DNA of 64,000 nt, from positions 34,444 through 98,443 of the IMG/VR virus record IMGVR_UViG_3300037264_002228; one strand, given 5' to 3'. Shown here piece by piece: positions 1 through 10,104 of this stretch (position 1 is the stretch's first letter; each line of letters begins with the position of its first letter). Position numbers and translations under genes: made by a program. Source of the stretch: a virus. The notes below the pieces were generated by a model, which worked only from the letters and a program-made list of their open reading frames with translations, searched no databases and had not been told where the DNA came from.

Positions 1-984
1 ACTAAACACTTCGATTATAAACGTCGGAAGGGTGGTGCTGAATTATTAATTAATAATCCATTTGATGGAGACACCAAATTTAAATTCAACATTAATACAG
101 TAAAAGGTGTTTGTCATGATTGGCGTCCTGGTCATCAACATCATGATGGACCGTTCTTAAGATTCGTACAAAACTTCAAAAAAATATCGTTTTTTGAAGC
201 CGTTCGTGAGGTGTGCGGACAAGAGGTAGACCTAAGATCAATATTTAAATCTGCGAGGGCGAAGGAAATACAAGAAGACGAACCGGAAATAGTGCCGGAT
301 GCCAGCATGCCATCGTCAGCCAAATCGTTTAGAGATATTAATGAAGACGATAAAATAGGTAAAATAGCATTAAACTATTTAATATCTAGAGGCATTCATA
401 TCGAGACAGCATGTAAACATAATCTTCACTATGGCATAGATAAAGTCTATTTTCCATATTATGAATATGGCGTACAAGTATATTGGCAAGCTAGAACAAT
501 AACTAGCAAAAGGTTTGAATTCCCTAGTCTTGAGGTTACTAAATATGGGAAAGAACATTATTTGTATGGGTTTGATAATGCAGAACCTGGCCAAAATTTG
601 TTTGTTTGCGAATCAATAATAGATTCTATTACATTAGGTGATGGCGCTGTCGCGACTGGCGGTGCCAGTATGGGTGGTGGAGATGCTGTTAAGAGCAGAC
701 ACCAGTGTAAAAAGATTAGAGCAATAGGACCTAGTACTATTATATTATCTCCTGATAGAGACTTTGAGGGTTTGTCGTCAATACTGAAGAATACTGAACT
801 AATTGAGTCGATATGCGATGCTGAAATCAGATTTGTAGTTCCACCTCCACCATTTAAAGATTGGAACGAGATGTTACAAAAATCTGATGACAAATTGTAC
901 CCACGTAAATATGCTGAATCTAATACACTTCCAGTTTCACGTACATTAACATTTCATGTCAATAAATTGTTCGCCACGATCTAG
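1..984 (+). CDS. DNA primase (TOPRIM), 5'-truncated by window edge
   Basis: Frame of ORF 211..984 is open back to base 1 (TKHFDYKRRKGGAELLINNPFDGDTKFKFNINTVKGVCHDW...). Primase motifs: YFPYY..YWQAR, VCESIIDS, DRDFEG, KDWNE. Confidence 0.85.
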   Translation, partial: TKHFDYKRRKGGAELLINNPFDGDTKFKFNINTVKGVCHDWRPGHQHHDGPFLRFVQNFKKISFFEAVREVCGQEVDLRSIFKSARAKEIQEDEPEIVPDASMPSSAKSFRDINEDDKIGKIALNYLISRGIHIETACKHNLHYGIDKVYFPYYEYGVQVYWQARTITSKRFEFPSLEVTKYGKEHYLYGFDNAEPGQNLFVCESIIDSITLGDGAVATGGASMGGGDAVKSRHQCKKIRAIGPSTIILSPDRDFEGLSSILKNTELIESICDAEIRFVVPPPPFKDWNEMLQKSDDKLYPRKYAESNTLPVSRTLTFHVNKLFATI

Positions 985-1006
985 CCATCCAAATATATAA
1001 TATCAC

Positions 1007-1291
1007 ATGCAATTATCGTGGTTACAATACCAAAAAGGTAACCAAGCTAAGTATTATTTAGTCTTGGTATTATTAGACTTAGAAGATAAATATGTTGCAT
1101 TAATGGCCAAAGACATTAATGACGCTGATATAACTAATATTAGGAAAAATATGGCATTATTGGATAATTATTCAATAGAAGAAAAAATTAAGTGGTTTAA
1201 ACAACATATTTCTACCTATAATAGAGCGTATCGTGAGTTTAAAAAGAAACAAGCGAAGATTGATAGTATGTTTCCATTAAAGGCGGTCTAA
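1007..1291 (+). CDS. hypothetical protein
   Basis: 94 aa ORF abutting the next gene, preceded by CAAATATA motif. Confidence 0.6.
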   Translation: MQLSWLQYQKGNQAKYYLVLVLLDLEDKYVALMAKDINDADITNIRKNMALLDNYSIEEKIKWFKQHISTYNRAYREFKKKQAKIDSMFPLKAV

Positions 1292-2518
1292 ATGGGCGAA
1301 CCTATACGTACACATAAGCCAATAGTTGAAATTTCAATAGATGGTGGCTCAGACATTGGTGCGAATTTTACAAAATTTGAATGGGCTAGTTTTAATAATG
1401 GTGGATATATTATTAAAGCTAAAATTTTTGATCCATATTTTAATATATTAAAGAATTTAGCTACTAAAGGTTATTTAAAAGATGGTAGACAAAAAGAAAC
1501 AGAAGTAAAATTTAGAATTAAATGGTCATCTGGTAAAGAAACTCAAAACCGCACAGCATTCATGACATCGTTAAGTGCGCATGGTGTTAATGAATCTGGT
1601 GAAATTGAATTTATAGCCATAGATCCACCAAGTTTTTACTTAAATGAAGGTACTGCTGATGGCAAAGCATATAAGGGTAATGTAAGTTCTGTTATCAAAC
1701 AAGTTATAAATGAGTATGCACCGAATGTGTCTCTTGAAGTAACAGAAACAGATGATAACAAAGAGAATATTTGGTATATGATGCGTCAGGATCCAAAGAC
1801 GTTTATACGATCAATGCTTGATTGGTCTGCTAGCATAACACCTAAGAAAACGCATTGGATTGTTGCTAGTAATGATAAAAAATTAATTATCAAAGAACAA
1901 GATGAGATTAAAGTAGAAGATTTCGGTGTTTATCATTTAAATCGTAATGGTCAAACAGCTAAGGATGTAAAATTATATGAAGTATTGGCTGACAATTTTA
2001 TAAGCCCGCTACAAACTAAACTCATTACTTCTGGTATATCGGCCATTTCTGGCGAATATCTTGATAAAATCACTGATGCAGAAGAAAATAAAGTTTTTGT
2101 TAAAGATGAAAACACAAGTAGTAAAGTAAATGTGAATGTCCAGCCAACGCAGGGCTTTAAAAAACCAGACAAGAAATGGGCCACTAGTGTAAAATCTATC
2201 CCTGAGCATAGCGCTGGTGACCTTGGTATACCATATAGTAAATATATTGATGGAAGAGCACGCGGCATATTCATGAACATGCTTAATCTTGTCATGCGCA
2301 TGCGTTTGCGAGTAATAGGCGACTTTATGTTCGATGATAGCAGTAAAATTGGAGTTGCAAAATGCAATATTAGCTGGAAAGATATAGAAGGAGAACCATA
2401 TTTCCTTGGAGGGAATTGGTTAATTTACGGCTTTCATCATATAGTATCTGTACAAGATTGGGACACAGACCTTTATTTGGCTCGTCTCGATCATGATGCG
2501 TCGGCTAAGAAGGTATAA
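1292..2518 (+). CDS. baseplate hub / tail protein (gp27/GpD-like)
   Basis: 408 aa, directly before tape measure gene; YKGNVSSVIKQV and C-terminal GNWLIYGFHHIV resemble contractile-tail hub proteins. Confidence 0.6.
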   Translation: MGEPIRTHKPIVEISIDGGSDIGANFTKFEWASFNNGGYIIKAKIFDPYFNILKNLATKGYLKDGRQKETEVKFRIKWSSGKETQNRTAFMTSLSAHGVNESGEIEFIAIDPPSFYLNEGTADGKAYKGNVSSVIKQVINEYAPNVSLEVTETDDNKENIWYMMRQDPKTFIRSMLDWSASITPKKTHWIVASNDKKLIIKEQDEIKVEDFGVYHLNRNGQTAKDVKLYEVLADNFISPLQTKLITSGISAISGEYLDKITDAEENKVFVKDENTSSKVNVNVQPTQGFKKPDKKWATSVKSIPEHSAGDLGIPYSKYIDGRARGIFMNMLNLVMRMRLRVIGDFMFDDSSKIGVAKCNISWKDIEGEPYFLGGNWLIYGFHHIVSVQDWDTDLYLARLDHDASAKKV

Positions 2519-5500
2519 TGGCAGACATTAATACATACGCTCTTGGGTTAGAATTCCAAATGCAGACCAAGCCTGCTATGGAAGCTATGGGTCAATTGCT
2601 AGATATGGCTGCTAAACTACAAAACAAAATGTCGGCTGCTGCTGCGTCGTTGTCACCATCAGATACTGCATTAGAAGAAATAATTGATCTTACTGATCCG
2701 TTGGAAGCAATGGGTCTATTAACTGGTCAGCTAGAACGAAAAATGGATGATCTTGCGAAAGCTGAGCAATTTCTTGCATTGGCTACGTTTGAAAGCGAAC
2801 AAGCGGCGGCAGCTACAGAAGAAACAGTTTTTAAACTTAAACATGAAATTGATGATGTAAATGAGGCTGTAAAAAAGTTACATAAAACATGGGAAAAATG
2901 GCCGTACTTATTTGAAGAACATGATAAACAAATAAAGAACGCAACAAGAAATTTTGATATTAATAAGCGTTCAATCGATAGGCAACATAAATCATTAAAA
3001 GAACAAAGTGCAGTATTCTTAAGCGTGCGGAATGCAATACTTGGAGTCACTGAAGAAACTAAACAATTAAACAACATTATTACTGCAGGTCTTGGAAAAT
3101 ATGGTGCTCTTGCTGCGGCTCTTGCATTTATTGGAATTGGCTTCAAAGATGTAATGGAAATGCAAGATACTTATGCTAAAGTTACATTTACTGCAATAGG
3201 TGGTCAAACGGCATTAATAGCTAGCACTAACAGACTACGTGCAACAACTGGTGCGTCTTCAAAAGAAGCAATTAAAGCATTAACGGCGCTTGCTGAGGTT
3301 GGGTTTAGAGCAGAACACAATATTTCTGCATTAGCAGATGCTAATTATAAGTTTAGTAAAGCAACTGGTGTATCAGAGTCAATAACAGCACAATTCCAGC
3401 GACAAATTGTCGCGATGGGTGGCAGCGCAAACATGGCTAAAAACAGTTTGGCGGCTATGTCTGCGATTATTAGAAACAGCGGATTGACGGCAAAAGAAGC
3501 TGAGTCATTAATGAGCGGATTTAGCAAAACGATGTTACGTATGGCATTATTTGGCAAAACCAAAGAAGATTTTGCAGCAACAACTACTGAATTAGGTAAG
3601 CTATCTGGCGCATTTAAAATGGCAGGTGGTAGTGCTGAGTCTGTTAATCAACAATTTGGTAAAATGCTAGAAGATCCACTTGAAATGGCTATTGCATTAG
3701 GAAAATTAGATATTGAGATGGATGAAAATGCAAGCATGCATGAAAAAATGCAGGCTTACATGAAGGGCACTTCTGCTATTCTAGCTGAAACAGCTGGGAT
3801 GACAGATATAGAAAGACAGAAAACACTAGAGGCTAGAGGTGTTAATTTAGATTATGCTGCTTCGTTTGTGTTGCTTGAACAAGAATTGTTAAAAACCGGC
3901 AAAACACAAGAACAATACTTAAAAGGAGTGGCTGCTGCGCCAGATATTAATAAAGATTGGCAGACAGCCACAAGTACATTAACTGAACAACTAAAACAAA
4001 TACTGACACCTATAATGAATATAGCTTCGACTATTGGTTCTGTATTAGTGCCAGCTGCAACTAAATTGGCTAGTGTGGTGTCATATTTAACTACCACGTT
4101 TGGAAAATGGTGGAGCGATTTACAAACGAATTCACCGATTTTAGCTAACATTATATCAGCTGTAGCTGTTGGTGCTATTGGATTTCTTGCATTTGGTGCA
4201 GTAGCAAGCAAATTAATTGGTATGTTTTCACCATTGACAAATGCTATTAAGGCCGTGTTGAATCCAATAGAACAAGTTAATAAAACGATGGATGTGGCGC
4301 AGAAAGCCTCATCATCTGCCGGATTGGGAGTTAAAACATTTTTAACGAATTTGGGTCAAGGCTTAAAGGCACTAGCAGCACCTGGCGCATTACAAGGTGC
4401 TTTAATATTGGGTGTATTGGCAGTTATTGTTGGTGGAACATTGTTGGCATTGGCCATTGCGATGAAGGAATTGGGAATTAGCGTCGGAGAACTTGTTGGC
4501 GCATCTGTTGGATTATTGATAGCTGCAGGTGCATTTTATGTTATGGCTGCTGCACTTGCTGTTCTAGGTCCAGTATCTGCGATAGCGGCTCCATTATTAT
4601 TACCATTAGCTGTTGTATTCTTAGCCATTGGTGCCGCTGTCCTTTTAGCTAGTATTGGCGTATCATTAATGGCGTTGGCTTTCACGGAATTATTTAAAGC
4701 AATACTGCCACAAGCACCAATGTTTGTTATGATTATGGCATCAATGGCTATTTTAATGCCCGCCCTAGCAATTGGGTTTGGCTTGTTGGCTGCATCATTA
4801 GCTATTTCTGCTCCGATTATTTTGATCGGATTCGGTGCATTATTGGTAGCAGCATTAATGGGTTTTATTATAAATCCGGTACTAGAACGATTTGCGAATA
4901 GTTTGAGCCTTATTTCGAGCGCAATGTCTGGGCTTGGTGCTGGTGCTGGTGTGTCATTGCTAAGTTTAGCTATTGGCATAACGGCTTTCATGGCTTCGTT
5001 GATGGGAATTGCTGTTGGTGGTGGTATAGGATCATTGTTCGGTGTTAAGAATCCAGTACAACAAGCAGCAGAAATCGGTGCTGCAATGTTTTTAGTTGCA
5101 GCACCAGCCGCAATGCTATCAAATGCATTAGGAAAATTATCTGACATTGGCGATATATTTAAACCGTTTATTGATAGTGTGCTTGGTCGTAAAAACGAAA
5201 TAGCAGAGGCAGTATCATTTATATCATCAATAGCAACACAAATTGAACTTGCAAGAAAAACTATTAATGGAGCCACAGCTGGTGTTGGATTAATAATTCC
5301 AGTTAAGTTTGCAGAACCAGTACGTAAACCAATAATTACTGAAGACACTGCACGCAAGATCCGTGAAGAGCGTAATCAGTCAAATCTTGTTCGTGGTACT
5401 GAAGACATGAAAAACGCTATAGATAAAGTAACTAATCGTTTAGATAAGGGTGCAGGCATTGGTGAATTAGTTGAATTGTTAAAAATATGGCTACCTAAGA

Positions 5501-5562
5501 TCGCAAAACCAGAAGACAGTGGTGCTGCTGGTTTGTCTAGTGTAGCTAACCAATGGATGTAA
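2518..5562 (+). CDS. tail tape measure protein
   Basis: 1014 aa, Ala/Leu-rich helical with long hydrophobic repeats, inside the tail module. Confidence 0.85.
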   Translation: MADINTYALGLEFQMQTKPAMEAMGQLLDMAAKLQNKMSAAAASLSPSDTALEEIIDLTDPLEAMGLLTGQLERKMDDLAKAEQFLALATFESEQAAAATEETVFKLKHEIDDVNEAVKKLHKTWEKWPYLFEEHDKQIKNATRNFDINKRSIDRQHKSLKEQSAVFLSVRNAILGVTEETKQLNNIITAGLGKYGALAAALAFIGIGFKDVMEMQDTYAKVTFTAIGGQTALIASTNRLRATTGASSKEAIKALTALAEVGFRAEHNISALADANYKFSKATGVSESITAQFQRQIVAMGGSANMAKNSLAAMSAIIRNSGLTAKEAESLMSGFSKTMLRMALFGKTKEDFAATTTELGKLSGAFKMAGGSAESVNQQFGKMLEDPLEMAIALGKLDIEMDENASMHEKMQAYMKGTSAILAETAGMTDIERQKTLEARGVNLDYAASFVLLEQELLKTGKTQEQYLKGVAAAPDINKDWQTATSTLTEQLKQILTPIMNIASTIGSVLVPAATKLASVVSYLTTTFGKWWSDLQTNSPILANIISAVAVGAIGFLAFGAVASKLIGMFSPLTNAIKAVLNPIEQVNKTMDVAQKASSSAGLGVKTFLTNLGQGLKALAAPGALQGALILGVLAVIVGGTLLALAIAMKELGISVGELVGASVGLLIAAGAFYVMAAALAVLGPVSAIAAPLLLPLAVVFLAIGAAVLLASIGVSLMALAFTELFKAILPQAPMFVMIMASMAILMPALAIGFGLLAASLAISAPIILIGFGALLVAALMGFIINPVLERFANSLSLISSAMSGLGAGAGVSLLSLAIGITAFMASLMGIAVGGGIGSLFGVKNPVQQAAEIGAAMFLVAAPAAMLSNALGKLSDIGDIFKPFIDSVLGRKNEIAEAVSFISSIATQIELARKTINGATAGVGLIIPVKFAEPVRKPIITEDTARKIREERNQSNLVRGTEDMKNAIDKVTNRLDKGAGIGELVELLKIWLPKIAKPEDSGAAGLSSVANQWM

Positions 5563-5568
5563 AATAAT

Positions 5569-6129
5569 ATGTCATTTTCATTGTCTGGTGCTGATAGAAG
5601 CATAGTCCGTAATGTTAAGATGAAAATCTTATCAAGTCCTGATATAGTAAGCGGTTTGCCAATAGGCGAGGATGTAAAATTTCAATTTCCACCTAGAATT
5701 ACTGATGATAGCAAAATTGCAAACTGGAAGGAAGATGAAAAAGCTACATTTGAGCCTTTGGTTACATGGATGGGTTCTAGTGCACGCAAAATTTCTATTG
5801 AAATAACATATATAGTAACTGGTGAAGAATTTACTACTAAAACTATTGCTGAAATCACGCGTCAATTTAAGGCATACTTCTATCGTTCGATTAAAAGTGG
5901 TTCAAATGTTCCAATCATAAAACTACGTATGTATGAACATAATCCACAAGAAACAGATTTTAGATTAAATGACGTTAGCATATCATATGGTGAAACATTA
6001 ATTCAAGATGGAGCAGGTATATTTCCATTATTAACAAAAATTAAATTGGGTGCAAGTTTGATAACTCAAGTAAATAAGAAACAACAGATACCAAATTTAA
6101 GAAATACGCCTCCAAAGGAATGGTATTAA
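5569..6129 (+). CDS. baseplate / tail tube initiator-like protein
   Basis: Follows tape measure; FQFPP.I.D....W, RKISIE, DVSISY pattern of tube-fold baseplate proteins. Confidence 0.55.
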   Translation: MSFSLSGADRSIVRNVKMKILSSPDIVSGLPIGEDVKFQFPPRITDDSKIANWKEDEKATFEPLVTWMGSSARKISIEITYIVTGEEFTTKTIAEITRQFKAYFYRSIKSGSNVPIIKLRMYEHNPQETDFRLNDVSISYGETLIQDGAGIFPLLTKIKLGASLITQVNKKQQIPNLRNTPPKEWY

Positions 6130-6130
6130 T

Positions 6131-6448
6131 ATGTCAATTGCAAAAGATCCGCACTCACGATTTTTATTGTCAAATCCGATTATCCATAATGGTGTTGAGG
6201 CGTTTGGTATAATGACAAAACACTTTTTCCTTGACCAAAATAATCTTAAAGATGATCAAATAATATCTGTTGAAATTACGCCAGATCTTGCTGGAAAACC
6301 GTGGGCCGTGGCTAATAAATTATATAATTCACCAGTATTGGATTGGGTTATTGTACTGTTTAATAGACCTATAAATCCTGTTAATTGGCCATATATCGGT
6401 ACTGTTATTAAAGCACCAATTGAAAGCGTGGTTGTACCGAATGTCTAA
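6131..6448 (+). CDS. baseplate wedge protein (gp53/LysM-like)
   Basis: GKPWAVANKLYNSPVLDWVIVLFN..NP...GTVIKAP matches the gp53-type pattern. Confidence 0.75.
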   Translation: MSIAKDPHSRFLLSNPIIHNGVEAFGIMTKHFFLDQNNLKDDQIISVEITPDLAGKPWAVANKLYNSPVLDWVIVLFNRPINPVNWPYIGTVIKAPIESVVVPNV

Positions 6449-8960
6449 TGACAATCTTAATTTGGTTTTTCAGAAATTTTTTAAAGAACGTACTGAAAAT
6501 TTATTTGACAGGTTTGATGGTCTATATCGGGCTATTGTAGAAGAAACTAATGATCCACTACGCATTGGACGTGTTAGGGTTCGTATACCAGAATTACACA
6601 ATAAAGATGTAAAAAGAGATGAATTACCATGGGCTGCCCCGGCATTTTCTCTTGGTGGTAAAGGCTGTGGATGGTGGGGTAGTCCGATTATTGGCGATGT
6701 AATTTTTGTTCAATTTGAGAAGAACCATCCATATGCACCTGTTTGGGTTGGCTCTGCAAGCCCAACTAGAAGAAAATTTTATCCATTACAATCAATACAT
6801 GGTGTTACACCACTTGCAGTAAATGATAAGGGTGAGCCAGCAGATTCACCATCAGATTATCAAAAAGAATATCTTCCTAAAGACGAGCGCCCATTAAGTG
6901 TTGGTGTTCGTGATAGATATGGCACATTTTTCATGCTGAATTCTGTTGGGTTCTTTCCTAAAGAACACGAAGAGCAAGCAGCAGCCGCTGGTACTGATGG
7001 TGTTGCAAAATCTGAATTTAAGGCAGCAAAGGAAGCACCAAAAGAAAATGATCCAGATACAAAATATGCCGTTTTGCATACAAAGTATGGTCATACCTTT
7101 TTAATGACAGATGTTGGGTATGATTGGAAAAAAGAATTTAAAGGCGACCATAATGAAGATGAAAGTTTCGAAATAGCTAGAGCTAAATATTTACAAAAGC
7201 TGTTTAATGAAGATAAACCGAAAGATAGAGATCAGCGCCGTATAGAATTGCGTACACGGTATGGTCACAAGCTTGAAATGCGCGACGTAGGTTGGAAGAA
7301 GAATCGTCCAGGTGAATTCGACAAACAAGTTGAAGTTGCCAAAGGTGACGAAGATGAACGTTGGGTTAAATTGCGCACTAAGGGTGGCCATGTTATTCAA
7401 TCTATTGATAAAGGTTGCGACCCAGAATCAGACAAATTCGTAAAGCAATTATTAAAAACTGATAAAGGTGCCGATTTAGATGGTGAGGATGAAGAAGATT
7501 TTAAAGACGATGCGCGTCAAATTAGGTTTGTCACAAGACATGGTGCAAAGTTTGCATTAGATGATCGTGGCTCTGATAAAACTGATGCACTTGGTAAAGA
7601 AGAACCACGTGGTAATGGATTATTAATTAAGACAAGACGTAAATTTGGTATTGACATTAACGATAAAGACCCTGCAAATCGCATGTTGTTTTATACACCT
7701 AAATCTAAAGCTTTAGATTTTAATGATCGTTTTGATTATATCATGATGACAACCGATACGTCTGATAAAATCCCAGAAGATTTTAAAGGTTTAAAGAGCA
7801 ATGAATTTGCTAAAACAGTAGCATTAACACACGATCCAGAAAAGACTTCATATCATATTAAACTAGACAAAAAGAATCATTATGTTAGTATGAAGACGCC
7901 AGAAGGTCAAGGTATCGAGATGCGCGACGGAGATGCTCCGTGTGCAAGTTTCACTGAAACAACTGGTCCAGATGATCGTGGTATGTGGATGTCTAGGGAC
8001 CATAATAGATCTGTTTGGCGTAGTAAGAATAATGATATGTACATCATCTTAGATGATGGTAAGCAATTGATACTCATTAAGAATGAAACCGATAAAATAC
8101 AGATTTATGCCAAAGGAAACGTAGAAGTAATATCGGAAGCTGATATATGTTTAAAAGCTAAAAAAGATATTTCTCTCAAAGCCGGTGGTCAAATCAATAT
8201 GGAAGTAGGCAATGGTACACAATTCACCGTCAGACCTGGCCATTGCGGCACAAATGATGAACTACGAGCTGGTCGCGTAAATTGTATTACAATGTTTGGA
8301 TTGCATGAATCTATTGATATTCCTCAGCATCCTGCTGGCCCTGCTCCTACTGGTTCAGCAACGCAATGTACTGTATGTGATCCTGAAGAAATTATTATTG
8401 AACCACGTAAACCTAAACCATTTAATGAAGAGCGTAATTGTGCTCCAAACAAATCAGAAGCTAAACCATTACCTAAAACTGTATTCCCAGGAGGCTCTGG
8501 TGGGTTTGGTGGCGGCGGTGGCGGTGGCGGCGGAGAAGGACCACCACCACCAAGCGAGTTCGCGCCATCAAGTGAACCAGATGTTACTGTGAATCCAGAA
8601 CAACAGCCAACGGACCCACTTAGCCCATCTGGTGGTACATTGTTCTATGGTTGCTCAAATATCTTTAAGACAGAAATTGAAGAGTTTGGAATTACGCTTG
8701 ATTCATTTGCTAATAATGATAATATACCACCATTAACTAATGCATCTAAGATTGTGCTATTCTTTGATACATTCCAAGCAGCCGATGCGGCAGAGAAATC
8801 AAAGAAAATTCATGGTGGCCGTTCGATAATTTATAGAGTGACTGGTGTTCCTGATCCTACATTGCTGACATATCTGACAACCGATAGATTAGCAGAGTAC
8901 AAAGGAAATATACCTCCAGAGGCTTTTGAGTTGTTTGAAGAAGAACCAGATTTAACATAA
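6441..8960 (+). CDS. baseplate spike (gp5/VgrG-like OB fold and beta repeats) with C-terminal extension
   Basis: DPLRIGRVRVRIP..LPWA..P.IGD.IFVQFE..P.W.G OB fold; repeated xRTxxGH units. ATG 6441 preferred over TTG 6420. Confidence 0.85.
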   Translation: MSNDNLNLVFQKFFKERTENLFDRFDGLYRAIVEETNDPLRIGRVRVRIPELHNKDVKRDELPWAAPAFSLGGKGCGWWGSPIIGDVIFVQFEKNHPYAPVWVGSASPTRRKFYPLQSIHGVTPLAVNDKGEPADSPSDYQKEYLPKDERPLSVGVRDRYGTFFMLNSVGFFPKEHEEQAAAAGTDGVAKSEFKAAKEAPKENDPDTKYAVLHTKYGHTFLMTDVGYDWKKEFKGDHNEDESFEIARAKYLQKLFNEDKPKDRDQRRIELRTRYGHKLEMRDVGWKKNRPGEFDKQVEVAKGDEDERWVKLRTKGGHVIQSIDKGCDPESDKFVKQLLKTDKGADLDGEDEEDFKDDARQIRFVTRHGAKFALDDRGSDKTDALGKEEPRGNGLLIKTRRKFGIDINDKDPANRMLFYTPKSKALDFNDRFDYIMMTTDTSDKIPEDFKGLKSNEFAKTVALTHDPEKTSYHIKLDKKNHYVSMKTPEGQGIEMRDGDAPCASFTETTGPDDRGMWMSRDHNRSVWRSKNNDMYIILDDGKQLILIKNETDKIQIYAKGNVEVISEADICLKAKKDISLKAGGQINMEVGNGTQFTVRPGHCGTNDELRAGRVNCITMFGLHESIDIPQHPAGPAPTGSATQCTVCDPEEIIIEPRKPKPFNEERNCAPNKSEAKPLPKTVFPGGSGGFGGGGGGGGGEGPPPPSEFAPSSEPDVTVNPEQQPTDPLSPSGGTLFYGCSNIFKTEIEEFGITLDSFANNDNIPPLTNASKIVLFFDTFQAADAAEKSKKIHGGRSIIYRVTGVPDPTLLTYLTTDRLAEYKGNIPPEAFELFEEEPDLT

Positions 8961-8969
8961 ATATAATTT

Positions 8970-9686
8970 ATGATATTGCGTTTCCCGTCAGGCTTATACC
9001 AAGACGCTGGGCAATTACCGGAAGGTGTTGCTGCTGGCAATGTGACTTTCGTTATTTCTAACGAAGAACCTAAGCGCTCTGACATAGTTGTTGTACAACT
9101 ACCTGTCTCAGAAGAAATAAAACCAGCACCAGCTTCACTATATAGTGAAGCTGATAGGCGCGAAGCGTTTGGTGAACTGGTTTATACACTGGTAGAATCT
9201 AATCGTACCGAATCTGGATCTAATAAAAAATTGTTTGGTATTGGTGATTTTTTGGAGTTTGATGACGACGATATTGCGTTGCCTGATTTGCTTGGTGTTC
9301 CAAGACAAGTTGATATTCAACACAATACTAATTTAATAGATTATGCCGATGCTGGATTAACTGTAGAAGAAATAAGTGAAATTACCATTTCGGCTACCAC
9401 AAAAAAACGTGAGCTTGAATCAGAAGTTGCACTATTACAATCGCAAGTCGTAAATTTACAATCTGCTGCATTAGAAAATCAAAAACGCATAAATGAAACA
9501 AGAAAATTGATATCAGCAGTTTCACAAATAGTTGGATCTAATGATTCGATATTAATAAAATTAAAAACTAGAGAATCTGATTTGGAACTAGAACGAGATA
9601 CTATTATTAGTTCAATAAATACAACCAATGACCTATTGAAAGATACTTATAATTCATTACTTGAAATTTCAGGATTGGTACATTAA
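8970..9686 (+). CDS. hypothetical coiled-coil baseplate-region protein
   Basis: 238 aa between spike and gp25-like genes; heptad-rich C-terminus. Confidence 0.6.
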   Translation: MILRFPSGLYQDAGQLPEGVAAGNVTFVISNEEPKRSDIVVVQLPVSEEIKPAPASLYSEADRREAFGELVYTLVESNRTESGSNKKLFGIGDFLEFDDDDIALPDLLGVPRQVDIQHNTNLIDYADAGLTVEEISEITISATTKKRELESEVALLQSQVVNLQSAALENQKRINETRKLISAVSQIVGSNDSILIKLKTRESDLELERDTIISSINTTNDLLKDTYNSLLEISGLVH

Positions 9687-10102
9687 TGGCTAAATCGACA
9701 TATTTTGGTTTTAATCCGCCGTTTTATCGTGATGGACACGTAATGCCTGTTCAGACGGATGAGCGTCTGATTAAAAACGATTTACTACAATTGTTGTTGA
9801 CGTCTCCTGGCGAGAGAGTCTTTAGACCAGATTTTGGTACCGAGTTGCGTAGATCGATGTTTGAACCAATAGACGATTTTCAAGTTGATAGTATTAAAAA
9901 TTCGATAGCGCTTTCGATTGACCAGTTTGAGCCAAGAATAAAAGTGTCTGAAATATTTATAGAACGTGATGATGACAATAGCCAATTAAATGTTAAAGTA
10001 TATGCTGCATTAACAATAGATCCTAACAGAATTTTAGAATTGAATTTATCATTACCTATTGGACCAAATGCATCACAAGCAGCACCTAAACGTACGGTAT
10101 AA
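9686..10102 (+). CDS. baseplate wedge protein gp25-like
   Basis: LLLTSPGERVFRPDFGT..FEP..FEPRI signature. Confidence 0.92.
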   Translation: MAKSTYFGFNPPFYRDGHVMPVQTDERLIKNDLLQLLLTSPGERVFRPDFGTELRRSMFEPIDDFQVDSIKNSIALSIDQFEPRIKVSEIFIERDDDNSQLNVKVYAALTIDPNRILELNLSLPIGPNASQAAPKRTV

Positions 10103-10104
10103 AT

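Noticed and set aside
2727-5357. Long antisense ORFs within the tape measure gene and similar ones in other genes
   Set aside because: Shadow ORFs produced by codon bias on the coding strand.
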